A DNA stretch of 43,311 bases from Treponema sp. (GCA_031266255.1 JAISBK010000113.1:1-43311); one strand, 5' to 3'. Counted from the stretch's first letter, positions 16,136 to 27,462 are shown. Numbers and translations are program-made. The notes: a model not told the origin generated them from the sequence alone.

Positions 16136-18052
16136 ATGGGTAAAATAATTGGAATCGATCTAGGAACCACCAACTCATGCGTATCGGTGCTTGAAGGTGG
16201 GGAACCCATCGTTATTCAGAATTCTGAGGGTGGACGGACCACCCCTTCTATCGTTGGCTTTACCAGTAAAGGTGAACGGGTAATCGGTCAACCGGCAAAA
16301 AATCAGATGATCACCAACCCTGAAAACACGATTTATTCTATAAAACGGTTCATGGGGCGGCGGTATGCTGAGGTTGGGAATGAAATGAAATTGGTTCCCT
16401 ATCGAGTGGTAGAACAGGGGGATGATGTACGGGTGGATATTGACGGGAAAAAGTACTCTCCCCAAGAAATATCCGCCTTTATACTGCAAAAAATGAAAAA
16501 AACTGCGGAGGATTATCTGGGAGAAACGGTTACCGAAGCGGTGATCACCGTGCCGGCCTACTTTAACGATGCTCAACGGCAGGCTACTAAAGACGCGGGG
16601 AAGATTGCAGGACTTGAGGTCAAGCGGATCATCAACGAACCCACTGCCGCATCTTTGGCCTTCGGTTTTAACAAAGATCAAAAGAAAGAAAAAACCATTG
16701 CAGTGTACGATTTAGGTGGCGGTACCTTCGACGTTTCTATTCTGGAACTGGGGGAAGGGGTCTTTGAAGTCAAGTCCACCAATGGAGATACCCACCTGGG
16801 AGGGGATGATTTTGATCGCCGGATCATGGAATGGCTCATTGCGGAATTTAAGAAAGATACGGCTATAGACCTTGGGCTGGATCGGATGGCTCTGCAGCGG
16901 CTTCGGGAAGCTGCTGAAAAAGCCAAGATCGAGCTTTCCGCTATGCAGACCACTGAGGTGAATCTTCCTTTTATTACCGCAGATCAATCAGGCCCCAAGC
17001 ACCTGCAGAAAACCCTTACCCGAGCGAAATTTGAGCAGATGGTCTCGGACTTACTGGAACGGTCTAAGGAGCCTTGTAAAAAAGCCCTTGCTGATGCAGG
17101 ACTCACGGCAGACCAGATTGACGAGGTCATCCTGGTGGGAGGCTCTACTCGGATCCCTGCGGTGCAGCAGATTGTTAAAGATCTCTTCAGGAAAGAGCCT
17201 AATAAGGGGGTCAACCCTGATGAAGCAGTGGCTATCGGCGCGGCAATCCAGGGGGGTATCCTGGGTGGAGACGTTAAAGATGTGCTGCTCCTGGATGTAA
17301 CCCCCCTCTCCTTGGGGATTGAAACCTTGGGAGGAGTGATGACCAAGCTTATCCCCCGGAATACCACGATCCCTAGCCGGAAGAGCCAGATATTCTCCAC
17401 TGCTGCGGATGGCCAAACCGCAGTTTCTATCCAAGTGCTCCAGGGAGAACGGGAAATGGCAAACCAGAATCGTACCCTGGGCCGCTTTGATCTCGTAGGC
17501 ATCCCTCCTGCGCCTCGGGGCATACCTCAAATAGAGGTTACTTTTGATATTGATGCCAATGGTATCGTGCATGTATCTGCCAAAGATCTGGGTACCGGTA
17601 AGGAACAGAAGATCCGTATCGAAAGTTCTTCAGGACTTTCAGATACGGATATTGATCGTATGGTGAAAGAAGCGGAACTCCATGCCGAAGAAGACCGGAA
17701 GGAACGGGAACGCGCGGAAGTCAGGAACGAAGCAGACTCCATGATCTATAGTACCGAAAAAAATATCCAGGATCTGGGGGATAAGATCAACCAAGCAGAT
17801 AAAGCTAAGGCAGAGGAAGCCATTGCAGAGTTGAAGCGGGCATTGGAAGGTGCCGAAGTCCAGGTCATTCGGGACAAGATCGAAGCCTTGAAACAGGCAG
17901 CTTACAAGATTGCAGAAGAGGTATACAAGCAGACCGGTGCTCAACCAGGGCAGCAGCCAGATTCCAATGCTGCAGGAAGCGGTTCTGCGCAGGGTAACGC
18001 TGATACCAAACGAGCCGAAGATGCTGATTACGAAGTGGTGGATGACCAATAG
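16136..18052 (+). CDS. dnaK: molecular chaperone DnaK (Hsp70)
   Basis: [34 protein letters not shown]. Full-length 638 aa. Confidence 0.98.
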   Translation: MGKIIGIDLGTTNSCVSVLEGGEPIVIQNSEGGRTTPSIVGFTSKGERVIGQPAKNQMITNPENTIYSIKRFMGRRYAEVGNEMKLVPYRVVEQGDDVRVDIDGKKYSPQEISAFILQKMKKTAEDYLGETVTEAVITVPAYFNDAQRQATKDAGKIAGLEVKRIINEPTAASLAFGFNKDQKKEKTIAVYDLGGGTFDVSILELGEGVFEVKSTNGDTHLGGDDFDRRIMEWLIAEFKKDTAIDLGLDRMALQRLREAAEKAKIELSAMQTTEVNLPFITADQSGPKHLQKTLTRAKFEQMVSDLLERSKEPCKKALADAGLTADQIDEVILVGGSTRIPAVQQIVKDLFRKEPNKGVNPDEAVAIGAAIQGGILGGDVKDVLLLDVTPLSLGIETLGGVMTKLIPRNTTIPSRKSQIFSTAADGQTAVSIQVLQGEREMANQNRTLGRFDLVGIPPAPRGIPQIEVTFDIDANGIVHVSAKDLGTGKEQKIRIESSSGLSDTDIDRMVKEAELHAEEDRKERERAEVRNEADSMIYSTEKNIQDLGDKINQADKAKAEEAIAELKRALEGAEVQVIRDKIEALKQAAYKIAEEVYKQTGAQPGQQPDSNAAGSGSAQGNADTKRAEDADYEVVDDQ

Positions 18053-18140
18053 CAAGGCCTTCATAGACAATTCTTACGACAGTTTTCGGGTGAAATCGGG
18101 GAATTGGAATGAAGTTTACTAAGGTAACAAGGGTGTTATT

Positions 18141-19262
18141 GTGGCAAAACGTGATTACTACGAAGTCCTAGGGGTACAGAAGGGCGCCACCAAAGACGAT
18201 ATAAAAAAGGCATACCGGAAGTTGGCCATTCAATATCACCCGGATAAGAATCAGGGCAACAAAGAGGCAGAAGAGAAATTCAAAGAAGCCACCGAAGCAT
18301 ACGAAATTCTGTCGGATGATCAAAAAAAAGCTGCCTATGATCAGTTTGGTTTTGCTGGTGTTGAAGGCATGGGCGGGCAGCAGGATTTTTCATCTGCATT
18401 CCGCGACTTTGGGGATATTTTTGGGGATTTTTCCAGTATCTTTGATACTTTTTTTGGCGGCAGCGGCCGCCGTTCCTCTGGAGGTTCCGGTGTTCGGTCG
18501 GGGGCTAATCTCCGCTATGATGTGGACATATCGTTTAAGGATGCGGTGTTCGGCACTAAAGTGGAGATCCAGTACTCCCGGAATGAGGCCTGTCCGGTCT
18601 GTAAAGGAACCGGCGCGTCCAGTGGTACCGGTAAGAAGGTTTGTTCTACCTGCGGCGGCTCCGGTCAGGTGCGTCATAGTCAAGGCTTTTTTTCGGTGGC
18701 ATCTTCCTGTCCAAGCTGCGGTGGAGAAGGGTATATTATTGAGCATCCCTGTAAGGAATGCGGCGGTTCTGGGGCGCAGAAGAAACGCCAGAAGATCATG
18801 GTTACCGTCCCTCCAGGGGTTGAAAACGGAAAACGGGTTGTCATCCCCCGGCAGGGAGATACAGGTCCCAACGGAGGTTCTCCAGGAGATCTGTATGTGT
18901 TCTTTCGAGTTAAAGCTCACGAATATTTTGAACGACAGGACACGGATCTGTATTGCGCAGTACCCATTTCCATAAGCCAAGCCGCCCTGGGAGCAGACAT
19001 TCATGTCATGACTTTGGATGGGAAGACCATTAAAGTCAAAGTGCCTCAAGGAAGTCAGAATGGTAAAATGCTCCGAATCCGAGACGAAGGGGTTCCTACA
19101 GGCCCTGGGGGAAGGCGGGGTAATCTCTACATCAAACTCATGGTGCAGATCCCTGCAAAACTCTCCAAACGAGGCAAAGAACTCATGGAAGAGCTTGCTC
19201 GGGTTGAGGGTGAAGATGATGCTCCCAAGCCCATCCCCTTGGCAGAATTATCAGAGCAGTAA
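18141..19262 (+). CDS. dnaJ: molecular chaperone DnaJ
   Basis: J-domain with HPD (YHPDKN), G/F-rich linker, four CxxCxGxG zinc-finger repeats. GTG start. Confidence 0.97.
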   Translation: MAKRDYYEVLGVQKGATKDDIKKAYRKLAIQYHPDKNQGNKEAEEKFKEATEAYEILSDDQKKAAYDQFGFAGVEGMGGQQDFSSAFRDFGDIFGDFSSIFDTFFGGSGRRSSGGSGVRSGANLRYDVDISFKDAVFGTKVEIQYSRNEACPVCKGTGASSGTGKKVCSTCGGSGQVRHSQGFFSVASSCPSCGGEGYIIEHPCKECGGSGAQKKRQKIMVTVPPGVENGKRVVIPRQGDTGPNGGSPGDLYVFFRVKAHEYFERQDTDLYCAVPISISQAALGADIHVMTLDGKTIKVKVPQGSQNGKMLRIRDEGVPTGPGGRRGNLYIKLMVQIPAKLSKRGKELMEELARVEGEDDAPKPIPLAELSEQ

Positions 19263-19333
19263 GGTATACGCTAAACATCAGGGGTTTGCTGGTGTAAACC
19301 CTTGGTTGTAGCAGGAACATAAGGAAAGTGGCT

Positions 19334-20441
19334 ATGTTGTTATCTGAATTAAACGCTCCTATCGAAGGCTTGAAGGCTCAAATCTATGAAACCTGGAGGC
19401 GTCTTTGAGGACGCTTCTTTTGGACCGCGTATAGAGGAACTAGAAGAAAAAGCCGGAGACCCGGACTTCTGGAAGGATCCGGTGCAGGCGGAAAAACGCA
19501 TGGGAGAACTCAAGACCCTCAAGAGTCGCTATGAACCCTGGAAAAGTCTACGAAGGGAGATCGATGATCTGGTGGTGCTTTATGAGCTTGCTGCAGAAGT
19601 AAAAGACGAGTCTCAAGATGAGGAAATCGAAACTACCCTTAAGGGACTGCGTGTCCGGTATGAAAAGCAGAATATTTTTGAACTTATGAGCGGTGAGGTT
19701 GATAAAAATGGCTGTTTCCTTACTATCCATGCAGGCGCCGGGGGAACTGAAGCCTGCGACTGGTCTCAGATGCTCTATCGTATGTACCTGCGGTGGGCAG
19801 AACGGAAAGGATTTTCCATAGAAGAAGTGGATCATCTGGAAGCTGAAGGGGGTATCAAGTCCGCTACTGCCCGGATCGAAGGGGACTATGCCTACGGTTA
19901 TCTCAAGGGCGAGTCGGGAGTACACCGTTTGGTCCGGATTTCTCCCTTTGATGCCAATGCCAAGCGGCATACCTCCTTTGCTTCGGCTTACATTTTTCCC
20001 GTGATCGACGATTCCATAGAGGTAACCATTCGATCGGAAGATCTCCGGGTAGATACCTACCGTTCAGGGGGGGCCGGAGGCCAACATATCAACAAGACCG
20101 ATAGTGCAGTCCGGTTTACCCACCTTCCCACGGGAATCGTGGTAGCTTGCCAAAACGAACGGAGTCAGATCAAAAACCGGGCTATTGCCATGAGTATCCT
20201 CAAGGCTCGGCTCTATACGTATTACCGGCAGGAAAAAGAAAAGGAACATGAAAAATTTGCCCAGGAAAAAAAGGAGATTTCCTGGGGGAATCAAATTCGT
20301 TCTTATGTCTTCCAACCCTATACTATGGTTAAGGATTACCGAACCAAGGCGGAAAATGGTAATATACAAGCGGTCATGGATGGGGATATCGATCGGTTTA
20401 TTGAGGAGTACTTGCGCTTTGCCTGGAATGCCCAGGTCTAA
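19334..20441 (+). CDS. prfB: peptide chain release factor 2, requires programmed +1 frameshift at 19403-19408
   Basis: A short 24-codon frame (ATG 19334) ends at CTT TGA (19403-19408). The +1 frame continues into ORF 19386..20441, which carries SPF and GGQ (SGGAGGQHINK). Confidence 0.93.
19395..19409 (+). promoter_or_regulatory. RF2 autoregulatory frameshift site (internal SD + CUU UGA G)
   Basis: GGAGG (19395-19399), 3 nt, then CTT TGA G. Same architecture as the E. coli prfB site AGGGGG-N3-CUU UGA C. Confidence 0.9.
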
Positions 20442-20477
20442 AGTGGGGGTTTGGGAGATAAGGATACTAAGAAAAAA

Positions 20478-21983
20478 ATGCTTGTTCTTAAAAAAAGAGG
20501 TTTTCTAACAACGATTTTTTCAACATCGGTCTATTTTTTGCTCATCCTGTTGGATTCTCTGGTATGCGGACAGATGCAGGCATTGGGCAAGACTGATACT
20601 GGGGAGCCGTCCCTCACTCAAAACAAGGAATGGGTCTTGGCAATAACTGCCCTGGATGTTTCCGCTCTTCCCCACTCCCAGCAGCTTTTGGGGGAAGTCA
20701 TAACCCGAAACCTGGTGGACACCTTGAAACGGGTGCATCATCGATCCCGGCCTTCTGAAGAATATCTTTATTATACCCATTATGCGTGGTCAAAATCCCA
20801 AGCAACAGCGGCTAAAACCCTGGTGGCAAAACGGGGGGAGCGGGACAATCTGCTTTTTGCAGGGGAACCTCGGTGGAAATATCAAAAGACCCTCAAAACC
20901 CTTGATAAGGACATACAGGATCTTGAAGAAGCTCTGGCTCAGGCTGAAGCAGAGGTGCCCCTTATAGCGGGGAAACCCGTTTTTAAGCTTACCGATAACG
21001 CCCTCAAGGGATCCTTTCCGTCCCCTCCCAAGCCTGGAGGAGAATATCGGTTTTGTGTCAACCAAGAGGCCGATGCCTTTCTTACTGGGGCTCTTGCGGA
21101 ATTTCATGGCCGCTTATATATCGCCTTGAAACTATACACCCGTTATACTGGTTCGTTTCAGTATGAGGATAGTAGTATTTTTTCCAACGACACGATTGCT
21201 TTGGTTATAGAGGAATTGGCCAATAGGCTTGTAGATGCGGTTTCTGAGGCACAATCCGCATCCCTGGTGGTACACACCAAGCCTGAAGAAGCCATCCTCT
21301 TGCTGGACGGCTCCTTTGCAGGCCAGGGTGAAGTAGGCCCCAAGGAGTATCCCCCTGGTTCCATAACTCTTGAGAGCTTTGCGGACAATCATAAACCGTT
21401 GAGTATGCCCCTAGAACTTAATGAAGGGGAATTGGCGGAGTTGTATATTAATTTACAACCTTTAAGCCGAGGATCCCTTACCATTACGACTCCTGATGAG
21501 GATGCCGCTAAGGTGTATCAAGGGGTCCTCTATCAAGGAGAAACCCCCTTACCCGTGGAAATACCCCTCAAGGAAATGGAGTATTTTCAGCTTGAAACTG
21601 CCGAGGGAAAAGCCGCATCGGTGATCATCCGAGGGCCGGAACAGACTGAAGCAGACCAAAATTCCCTGAGCCTGAAACTCAAACCAGGCCGCGTTGCAGA
21701 AGAAAAACAGGTAGAAAAATCCCGAAGAAGTTTTTACAGTGCCTATGGAAGATTCTGGATTGCCTTGCCGTTGGCCTTTGTGGTGGGCGGTATAGCCACT
21801 GCCCACATAAACGCATACAATAGGACCGGTAATCCTGATCTGTATGATGGGGCAATAACTCGGTACTATGTTTCTATAGGAGCACAGATTGTCGCGGGCG
21901 TGGCTTTAGCCGAAACTTTTTATCGTATATTCCGTTATATCAGAACCGGGGGCGAAGGCGCAGCCTTCCTCGCAAAACAGTAA
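20478..21983 (+). CDS. hypothetical membrane protein (N-terminal anchor, PEGA-like beta domain, two C-terminal TM helices)
   Basis: ORF 20451..21983. ATG 20478 or TTG 20451 could be the start. LVVHTKPEEAILLLDGSFAGQGEV...PGSITLE resembles a PEGA domain. Hydrophobic C-terminal helices. Confidence 0.6.
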   Translation: MLVLKKRGFLTTIFSTSVYFLLILLDSLVCGQMQALGKTDTGEPSLTQNKEWVLAITALDVSALPHSQQLLGEVITRNLVDTLKRVHHRSRPSEEYLYYTHYAWSKSQATAAKTLVAKRGERDNLLFAGEPRWKYQKTLKTLDKDIQDLEEALAQAEAEVPLIAGKPVFKLTDNALKGSFPSPPKPGGEYRFCVNQEADAFLTGALAEFHGRLYIALKLYTRYTGSFQYEDSSIFSNDTIALVIEELANRLVDAVSEAQSASLVVHTKPEEAILLLDGSFAGQGEVGPKEYPPGSITLESFADNHKPLSMPLELNEGELAELYINLQPLSRGSLTITTPDEDAAKVYQGVLYQGETPLPVEIPLKEMEYFQLETAEGKAASVIIRGPEQTEADQNSLSLKLKPGRVAEEKQVEKSRRSFYSAYGRFWIALPLAFVVGGIATAHINAYNRTGNPDLYDGAITRYYVSIGAQIVAGVALAETFYRIFRYIRTGGEGAAFLAKQ

Positions 21984-22001
21984 AAGATAAGGATATTAAG
22001 C

Positions 22002-22889
22002 ATGGGAAGTTTTGCTGAGCGTTTAAAAAAATTCTTTGGTATCCAGAACGTCGTTTCCGAATCGTTGTTTGGAGAATTGACGGATTTACTGGTAGAAGGT
22101 GATTTTGGACCTGCAGGAGCCTACAAGACCGTGAATACGTTGCGAGCACTCTGTAAAAAAGAGAAGATCACCGAAGCTGAAGGAGTACGGAACCATTTAG
22201 CCAAACTGCTGGAAGGATTGCTCCTGGAACGAGGACAGGGTACGGTTGGGGTTCTGGATGTACCTGCGGGCACCTTACAAATGATCCTCTTATTGGGGGT
22301 GAATGGGGTGGGAAAAACCACCACTGCGGCTAAATTGGCGGATCGGTATCGTTCCCAACAGAAAAGGCCGATCCTGGCAGCAGCAGATACCTTCCGGGCC
22401 GCAGCAATTGATCAGCTTAAAATCCACGGTGAACGCCTGGGGGTACGGGTGGTGGCCCATAAACAGGGCGGTGATCCTGCAGCGGTAGTCTACGATGCGA
22501 TTGATGCAGCCCGTTCAGGGGGAGGGGATCTCATCATCGCGGATACTGCGGGCAGAATGCATACCAAATCCGCGCTGGTTGAGGAATTAAAGAAGATAGA
22601 CCGGATAGTAGAATCCAAGGCTGCGGGGGCCCGATATATCAAGTGGTTGGTACTGGATGCTACCACAGGCCGGAATGCCCTAGTTCAAGCGGAAACCTTT
22701 CATCAAGCGGTTGCGTTGGACGGGGTCATTCTGACCAAATACGATTCCAGCGCCAAGGGAGGGGTGGTTTTCTCATTGGCCGAAGATCTGAAACTTCCCG
22801 TGGTTTTTATCGGTACCGGGGAAAAATACCCTGATATATACCCCTTTGATCCCCACCGTTATTCCCGGGAATTTGTCGGTCTTGCGTAA
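22002..22889 (+). CDS. ftsY: signal recognition particle receptor FtsY (NG domain only)
   Basis: LLLGVNGVGKTTTAAKLA, AADTFRAAAIDQL, DTAGR, LTKYDSSAKGG. Confidence 0.93.
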   Translation: MGSFAERLKKFFGIQNVVSESLFGELTDLLVEGDFGPAGAYKTVNTLRALCKKEKITEAEGVRNHLAKLLEGLLLERGQGTVGVLDVPAGTLQMILLLGVNGVGKTTTAAKLADRYRSQQKRPILAAADTFRAAAIDQLKIHGERLGVRVVAHKQGGDPAAVVYDAIDAARSGGGDLIIADTAGRMHTKSALVEELKKIDRIVESKAAGARYIKWLVLDATTGRNALVQAETFHQAVALDGVILTKYDSSAKGGVVFSLAEDLKLPVVFIGTGEKYPDIYPFDPHRYSREFVGLA

Positions 22890-24099
22890 AGGGTATGGAC
22901 TGGTGCTGGTCCTGCTTATGACCGCAACCAGAAACGCAGTCCCCGTGGATTGGTACCGTTCCAATGCCGCGGGCATGATCTTCGAAGGCATTCCCTCCCG
23001 GATCACGGCATTGCGTCAGAAGTACTGCCTTTCGGTGGAGTTCATCGCGGTTTCGGAGCTTCCCGAACCCTTACAAGCCTATTACCAGCCCTCATACCGT
23101 ATCGAACTGCACACCCTCTATGAAGAAGGGAAGGAATCCCGGCGGCAATGGATATTCAGGAATGAACAGGGGAAAACCCTGGTGGTTTCATCGTTGGTGT
23201 TTACCCCGGATCCGTTAACCATTGAAGAAGAAACCGAAGAAGAAGAAAAAATCCAGGAACCTGAACTGGATGCTTTAGAGGAAGCGCCGCAGGATCCTAT
23301 ACCTCTGGAACCCAGATTTACGGGATTTATCGAAGTCTACGATTTTTTCAAGGGGAATACCCGGCTTATCGAAGAGCATCTCTTTTCTGATGAGGGTACT
23401 GAAACAATCACCGCTTACTTCTACAACCAACAACTGCTTATTCGCGGGGAAACCCGGATCAAAAACCCTGTACCGATTGAAGAAGGGGAGGACGAATCCG
23501 TGGAGGAAGCCGGAGAGCAGCTTGAACTCGTGTTCAGTGATTATTACCGGTATAGCCGTTCTTATGCCCTAAGAGCAGTGAAACGGGTGTATCACCAGGA
23601 GCTTGTTACAGACTCACAGGTAACCCGGCTTCAGTTTCCCCATCTCGGCCTGCAATCTGCCGTGGAGGAGCAGAGAAAGGCTTTTGTCAGTCCGAGTACC
23701 GCCTATGGTTCGGAATTCATACAGGATCTTTCGGCAGATGCAGGGGTCCAAGCCGGTTACCAGGTGGTATACACCACCGATGAGCGAGGACGGATCTTGA
23801 CCGAAATCACCCAAGATGCAGAGGGAACCGTGCTCAGAGAGATTCACAATACCTGGGCAGGGGATCGGTTGGCATCGGTAGATTGGAAAACCGGGGAAGA
23901 GGAGCGGCGTATTGAATACGCATACGATAGCGCAGGGGATCGGATCCTTGAACGGAATTATACCAATGGAGTCTTAGAACGGCTTGTCCGCAGGGATCAG
24001 GGTCGGGAAACAGAAGAGTTATATATGAACGGTAAGGTAATCCTCCGTGCCATTTGGGAAGATGGCCGCAAAATATCGGAAGAACGAATTCGCCCTTAA
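22882..24099 (+). CDS. hypothetical exported protein with acidic linker and C-terminal YD/MORN-like repeats
   Basis: ORF 22846..24099 overlaps ftsY. TTG 22882 would give RKGYGLVLVLLMTATRNA, a signal-peptide-like N-terminus. The Glu-rich tract is at about 23215-23290. The C-terminus has repeats of the type G.v.re..y...G. Confidence 0.55.
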   Translation: MRKGYGLVLVLLMTATRNAVPVDWYRSNAAGMIFEGIPSRITALRQKYCLSVEFIAVSELPEPLQAYYQPSYRIELHTLYEEGKESRRQWIFRNEQGKTLVVSSLVFTPDPLTIEEETEEEEKIQEPELDALEEAPQDPIPLEPRFTGFIEVYDFFKGNTRLIEEHLFSDEGTETITAYFYNQQLLIRGETRIKNPVPIEEGEDESVEEAGEQLELVFSDYYRYSRSYALRAVKRVYHQELVTDSQVTRLQFPHLGLQSAVEEQRKAFVSPSTAYGSEFIQDLSADAGVQAGYQVVYTTDERGRILTEITQDAEGTVLREIHNTWAGDRLASVDWKTGEEERRIEYAYDSAGDRILERNYTNGVLERLVRRDQGRETEELYMNGKVILRAIWEDGRKISEERIRP

Positions 24100-24180
24100 T
24101 CTATCTATAAAAAAGGAACCTAGGTGAAACGTATTGCTAGCGTACAGAACTACTGCCGGGGAGGAACTTTCTTACCCCAC

Positions 24181-25506
24181 ATGCGCTGGATAGGCTTTGT
24201 AGCCTCCAGGTATGTATCCAGGAATCGCCGGAATTCTCCTTCCCCGATTCTTGCTGTCTTAGGTATCGCCACCGGGGTACTGGCCTTGACGGTGATCCTC
24301 GCGGTAATGAACGGGTTTCAACTGGGTTTCATCGAAAGTATCCTGGAAATAGCTTCATACCATATCCGGGTAGAGGATCCGGTTCTTGAACCAGAGGTTC
24401 AGTCTCCCTTGCTTGAAGCGATTCCTGCCATAAACGGGTTACCGGGGATTGGGTCGGTTACGCCTTTGCGGGAATTCCACGGTCTTATCCGGGGAAATCG
24501 GGGATCCCCTCAAGTGGCCCTGATCCGGGGCCTGCCTCTGGATGCACTGGAACAGGATCACGGTATGGCGGAAAAGCTGGTATTTGAGGCCGGTTCCTTT
24601 GACCTTGGGGAAAGGCGTTCCATACTCCTGGGAGCAGAATTGGCCCGGCGTCTTTTCGTGGGACTGGGGGATGCAGTTACCCTGGTTTCCGTGTCCGGTC
24701 TCTTAGGGGATGATGCGGTAGAGGAGGATGCTGCAGATTCCCGTTTCATCGTAAGCGGTATTTTCCGTTCCGGATTCTATGAGTATGATCTGGGTTGGGG
24801 ATTTATCAGCCTGGATACTGCGGAAGAACTGGGGGGCGGCCCCCTTTTCTTGGGGGTAAAGCTTAAAAACCGTTGGCAGGATAACCGGGTATTAGGGTTG
24901 ATACATCCGGTCTTGGCTGCAGTTCTTCCGGGGGAACCAGTGGTCTTGAGTACCTGGCGGGAGTACAACCGGGCATTTTTCGGAGCCTTGCGTACTGAAA
25001 AACTCCTTATGTTTGTGGTGGTCGGTCTCATCTTTATCGTGGTGAGCCTCAACATCTTTCAGGCCCAGCAACGGGCAGTCCTAGAACGGCGGGAGGAGAT
25101 CGGCTTATTCCGGGCCTTGGGTGCGGGGGAGCGGGCAGTACGGCTGGTGTTTGTCTGGGATGGCTGTATCATCGGCTTTACCGGCGCAGGACTAGGCATG
25201 GTCTTGGGACTCTTGCTTGCCACCCATATCAGCCAATGTTTCACCCTTCTCGAAGCCGGGGTGAACGGGATCATCGGTGTATTGAATTTCCTGTCCAGGT
25301 TATTCATGGGGTATTCCCCAGACCTGGAGGAGTTTGCGGTCTTTTCTCCGGCGATTTTTTATATTAAAGAGATTCCTTCCCGGATTATCCCCCAAGAGGT
25401 CTTCCTGATCTATTTGTTCGGTTTCTTGTCCGCGCTCTTGGCTGCTTGGTTTGCCTCGGGAAAGGTGTCCCGAACCAGACCTGCAGAGGTGTTGCGGTAT
25501 GAGTAA
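24181..25506 (+). CDS. LolC/E-family (FtsX-like) ABC transporter permease
   Basis: MRWIGFVASRYVSRNRR...GIATGVLALTVILAVMNGF is the typical LolC/E N-terminus, with a FtsX C-terminal 3-TM block. Alternative GTG start at 24124. Confidence 0.8.
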   Translation: MRWIGFVASRYVSRNRRNSPSPILAVLGIATGVLALTVILAVMNGFQLGFIESILEIASYHIRVEDPVLEPEVQSPLLEAIPAINGLPGIGSVTPLREFHGLIRGNRGSPQVALIRGLPLDALEQDHGMAEKLVFEAGSFDLGERRSILLGAELARRLFVGLGDAVTLVSVSGLLGDDAVEEDAADSRFIVSGIFRSGFYEYDLGWGFISLDTAEELGGGPLFLGVKLKNRWQDNRVLGLIHPVLAAVLPGEPVVLSTWREYNRAFFGALRTEKLLMFVVVGLIFIVVSLNIFQAQQRAVLERREEIGLFRALGAGERAVRLVFVWDGCIIGFTGAGLGMVLGLLLATHISQCFTLLEAGVNGIIGVLNFLSRLFMGYSPDLEEFAVFSPAIFYIKEIPSRIIPQEVFLIYLFGFLSALLAAWFASGKVSRTRPAEVLRYE

Positions 25507-26200
25507 GGTGCTGGTACAGGTGAAGGACTTGGTAAAAGATTACAAGTCAGGCACAGAAACCCTGCATATCCTTAGGGGTATCAGTCTTGAAGTGTTCCAG
25601 GGAAGCTCCGTGGCGGTGAGTGGTCAGAGCGGGAGCGGTAAAAGCACCCTCCTTAACATCCTAGGCGGTCTTGATCACCGGGATGCCGGTTCTGTGGAAG
25701 TGGCCGGTGTAGACATTACCGGTCTCTCGGAAAGCAGCCTGTCCCTATATCGGCGGGACCGGATTGGTTTCATCTTTCAGTTTCATTATCTCTTAAAGGA
25801 CTTCACCGCCCTGGAGAACGTGATGATCCCGGCTTATATAGCCGGCATGAAGAAGAAGGATGCCTTGGAGAAAGCCCGGCTCCTCCTTGCAGATGTACAT
25901 TTGGATACCCGGCTCCACCATTTCCCTTCTGCGCTTTCCGGTGGTGAACGTCAGCGGGTTGCGGTGGCCCGGGCCTTGGTAAACGATCCGGATCTGATTT
26001 TAGCCGATGAACCTACCGGTAATTTAGACCCGGACAACAGCGCCACCGTGGCTGAACTGCTCTACGCAGCCGCGGAGAAGTGGGGCAAGACCCTCATGGT
26101 GGTTACCCATGATGAAACCGTGGCATGCCGGGCCATGTACCGGTATACCCTAGAGGGCGGGATCCTCATGGATCATACCCCTGCAGAGAGGCTTCTATGA
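25499..26200 (+). CDS. lolD: ABC transporter ATP-binding protein, LolD-like
   Basis: Walker A GQSGSGKST, signature LSGGERQR, Walker B LILADEPTGNLD. ATG 25499 overlaps the upstream stop (ATGAGTAA). Flanked by two LolC/E permeases. Confidence 0.8.
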   Translation: MSKVLVQVKDLVKDYKSGTETLHILRGISLEVFQGSSVAVSGQSGSGKSTLLNILGGLDHRDAGSVEVAGVDITGLSESSLSLYRRDRIGFIFQFHYLLKDFTALENVMIPAYIAGMKKKDALEKARLLLADVHLDTRLHHFPSALSGGERQRVAVARALVNDPDLILADEPTGNLDPDNSATVAELLYAAAEKWGKTLMVVTHDETVACRAMYRYTLEGGILMDHTPAERLL

Positions 26201-27462
26201 GCAGCGGGGCGGCTTACTTCATTGCCCTTCGCTACCTTTTGGGCAGAGCTCATGAGGGAGGCCGGTACCTCCGGGGCGCGGCAGCCGGGATAGCCTTGAG
26301 CCTGGTTCCCATCATCGTTACCCTTATCGTCGCGGATGGTATGATCTGGGGTATCACCAGCCGATACCTGGAACTGGGAACCGGCCACTTACAGGTGTAT
26401 AATTTCATACATTCCCAAAATCTCGAAACAATCACCCCTATTATCGAAGACGTGGAAAGTGTTCAGGGGGTATGGGCTGAACAGCATGGCCTTGGGGTAC
26501 TGGTGGGCAAACAGGGAAAAACCGGTGCAACCATACGAGCCATTGAACCCTCCTTCTGGGCGGATCCGGGAAGCAGTACCTACCTGCTTACGGTGGCAGG
26601 AGAGGCAAAACTTGAATCTGACCAGGACGTACTTTTAGGAGAAGCCCTGGCCCGGTCTCTCAGGGTTGACATCGGGGATACCATCCGGATCATGACCATC
26701 CGGGTTACTGCGGACGGCAGAAACATACCCCGGCTGAGTCCTTTTACGGTTCGGGGGATCATTTCATCAGGGTACCGGGAACTGGATGCCCTGTGGTGTA
26801 TCATCGGCTACGAGGCGGGAAAGAGGATCCTCGCTCCTGAGTTATCCTCATCATATCTTATGGTCAAGATCCAGGATCCTTATCGTAGGGCAGAAGTCAT
26901 GGCCTCATCTCTCAGGAGTCTCTTAGGCCCGGGGTATAGCGTACATACCTGGAAGGTACTCCAGCAATCCCAGTACCGTTCCTATGAATCAACCCGGCAG
27001 CTTTTGCTCTTTATCATGGCCCTCATTGTGATGGTTGCTGCGGTGAACGTATCTTCCGCCACATCCATGCTGGTAATTGAACGGCAGCGGGATATCGCGG
27101 TCCTCAAGTCCGCAGGGGCAAGTCCCAAGACCACAAGCCGGATATTTCTCTGGGGTTCCTTTCTCACCGGCCTTACCGGTGGGCTCATCGGCATTGGGGC
27201 GGGTCTTCTCCTGGGGATCAATATCAACGGTATCATTCATGGCTTGGAAGGGGTGCTGGGATTTTTTTCCGGCCTCTTTCATGGAGAAGCAGTCAAAATC
27301 CTCGATCCTGGCTATTATCTTGAAACCATTCCGATCATTATTGACTGGACCGCGGTGGTACTCATCGGTCTATTTACCATCCTCAGTTCCGTTCTCGCCT
27401 CCTGGATCCCTGCCCACCGGGCAGGAAAGCTATGGCCCTTAGAAATTCTTCGAAAATATTAG
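26197..27462 (+). CDS. LolC/E-family (FtsX-like) ABC transporter permease
   Basis: ATG 26197 overlaps the lolD stop (ATGA). FIALRYLLGR..., a large periplasmic loop, and a C-terminal FtsX block ending ...AHRAGKLWPLEILR. Confidence 0.8.
   Translation: MSSGAAYFIALRYLLGRAHEGGRYLRGAAAGIALSLVPIIVTLIVADGMIWGITSRYLELGTGHLQVYNFIHSQNLETITPIIEDVESVQGVWAEQHGLGVLVGKQGKTGATIRAIEPSFWADPGSSTYLLTVAGEAKLESDQDVLLGEALARSLRVDIGDTIRIMTIRVTADGRNIPRLSPFTVRGIISSGYRELDALWCIIGYEAGKRILAPELSSSYLMVKIQDPYRRAEVMASSLRSLLGPGYSVHTWKVLQQSQYRSYESTRQLLLFIMALIVMVAAVNVSSATSMLVIERQRDIAVLKSAGASPKTTSRIFLWGSFLTGLTGGLIGIGAGLLLGININGIIHGLEGVLGFFSGLFHGEAVKILDPGYYLETIPIIIDWTAVVLIGLFTILSSVLASWIPAHRAGKLWPLEILRKY

Noticed and set aside
16175-18070. 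Long antisense and alternative-frame ORFs inside dnaK, dnaJ (e.g. 18316..18975, 18390..19049), xdhA (34758..35264, 35847..36482), the deacetylase gene (14123..14850) and the GerMN gene (10853..11260)
   Set aside because: These are shadow ORFs typical of moderately GC-rich coding DNA. They lie fully within genes that have unambiguous conserved products, show low-complexity Arg/Ser/Pro-rich translations, and have no start context.
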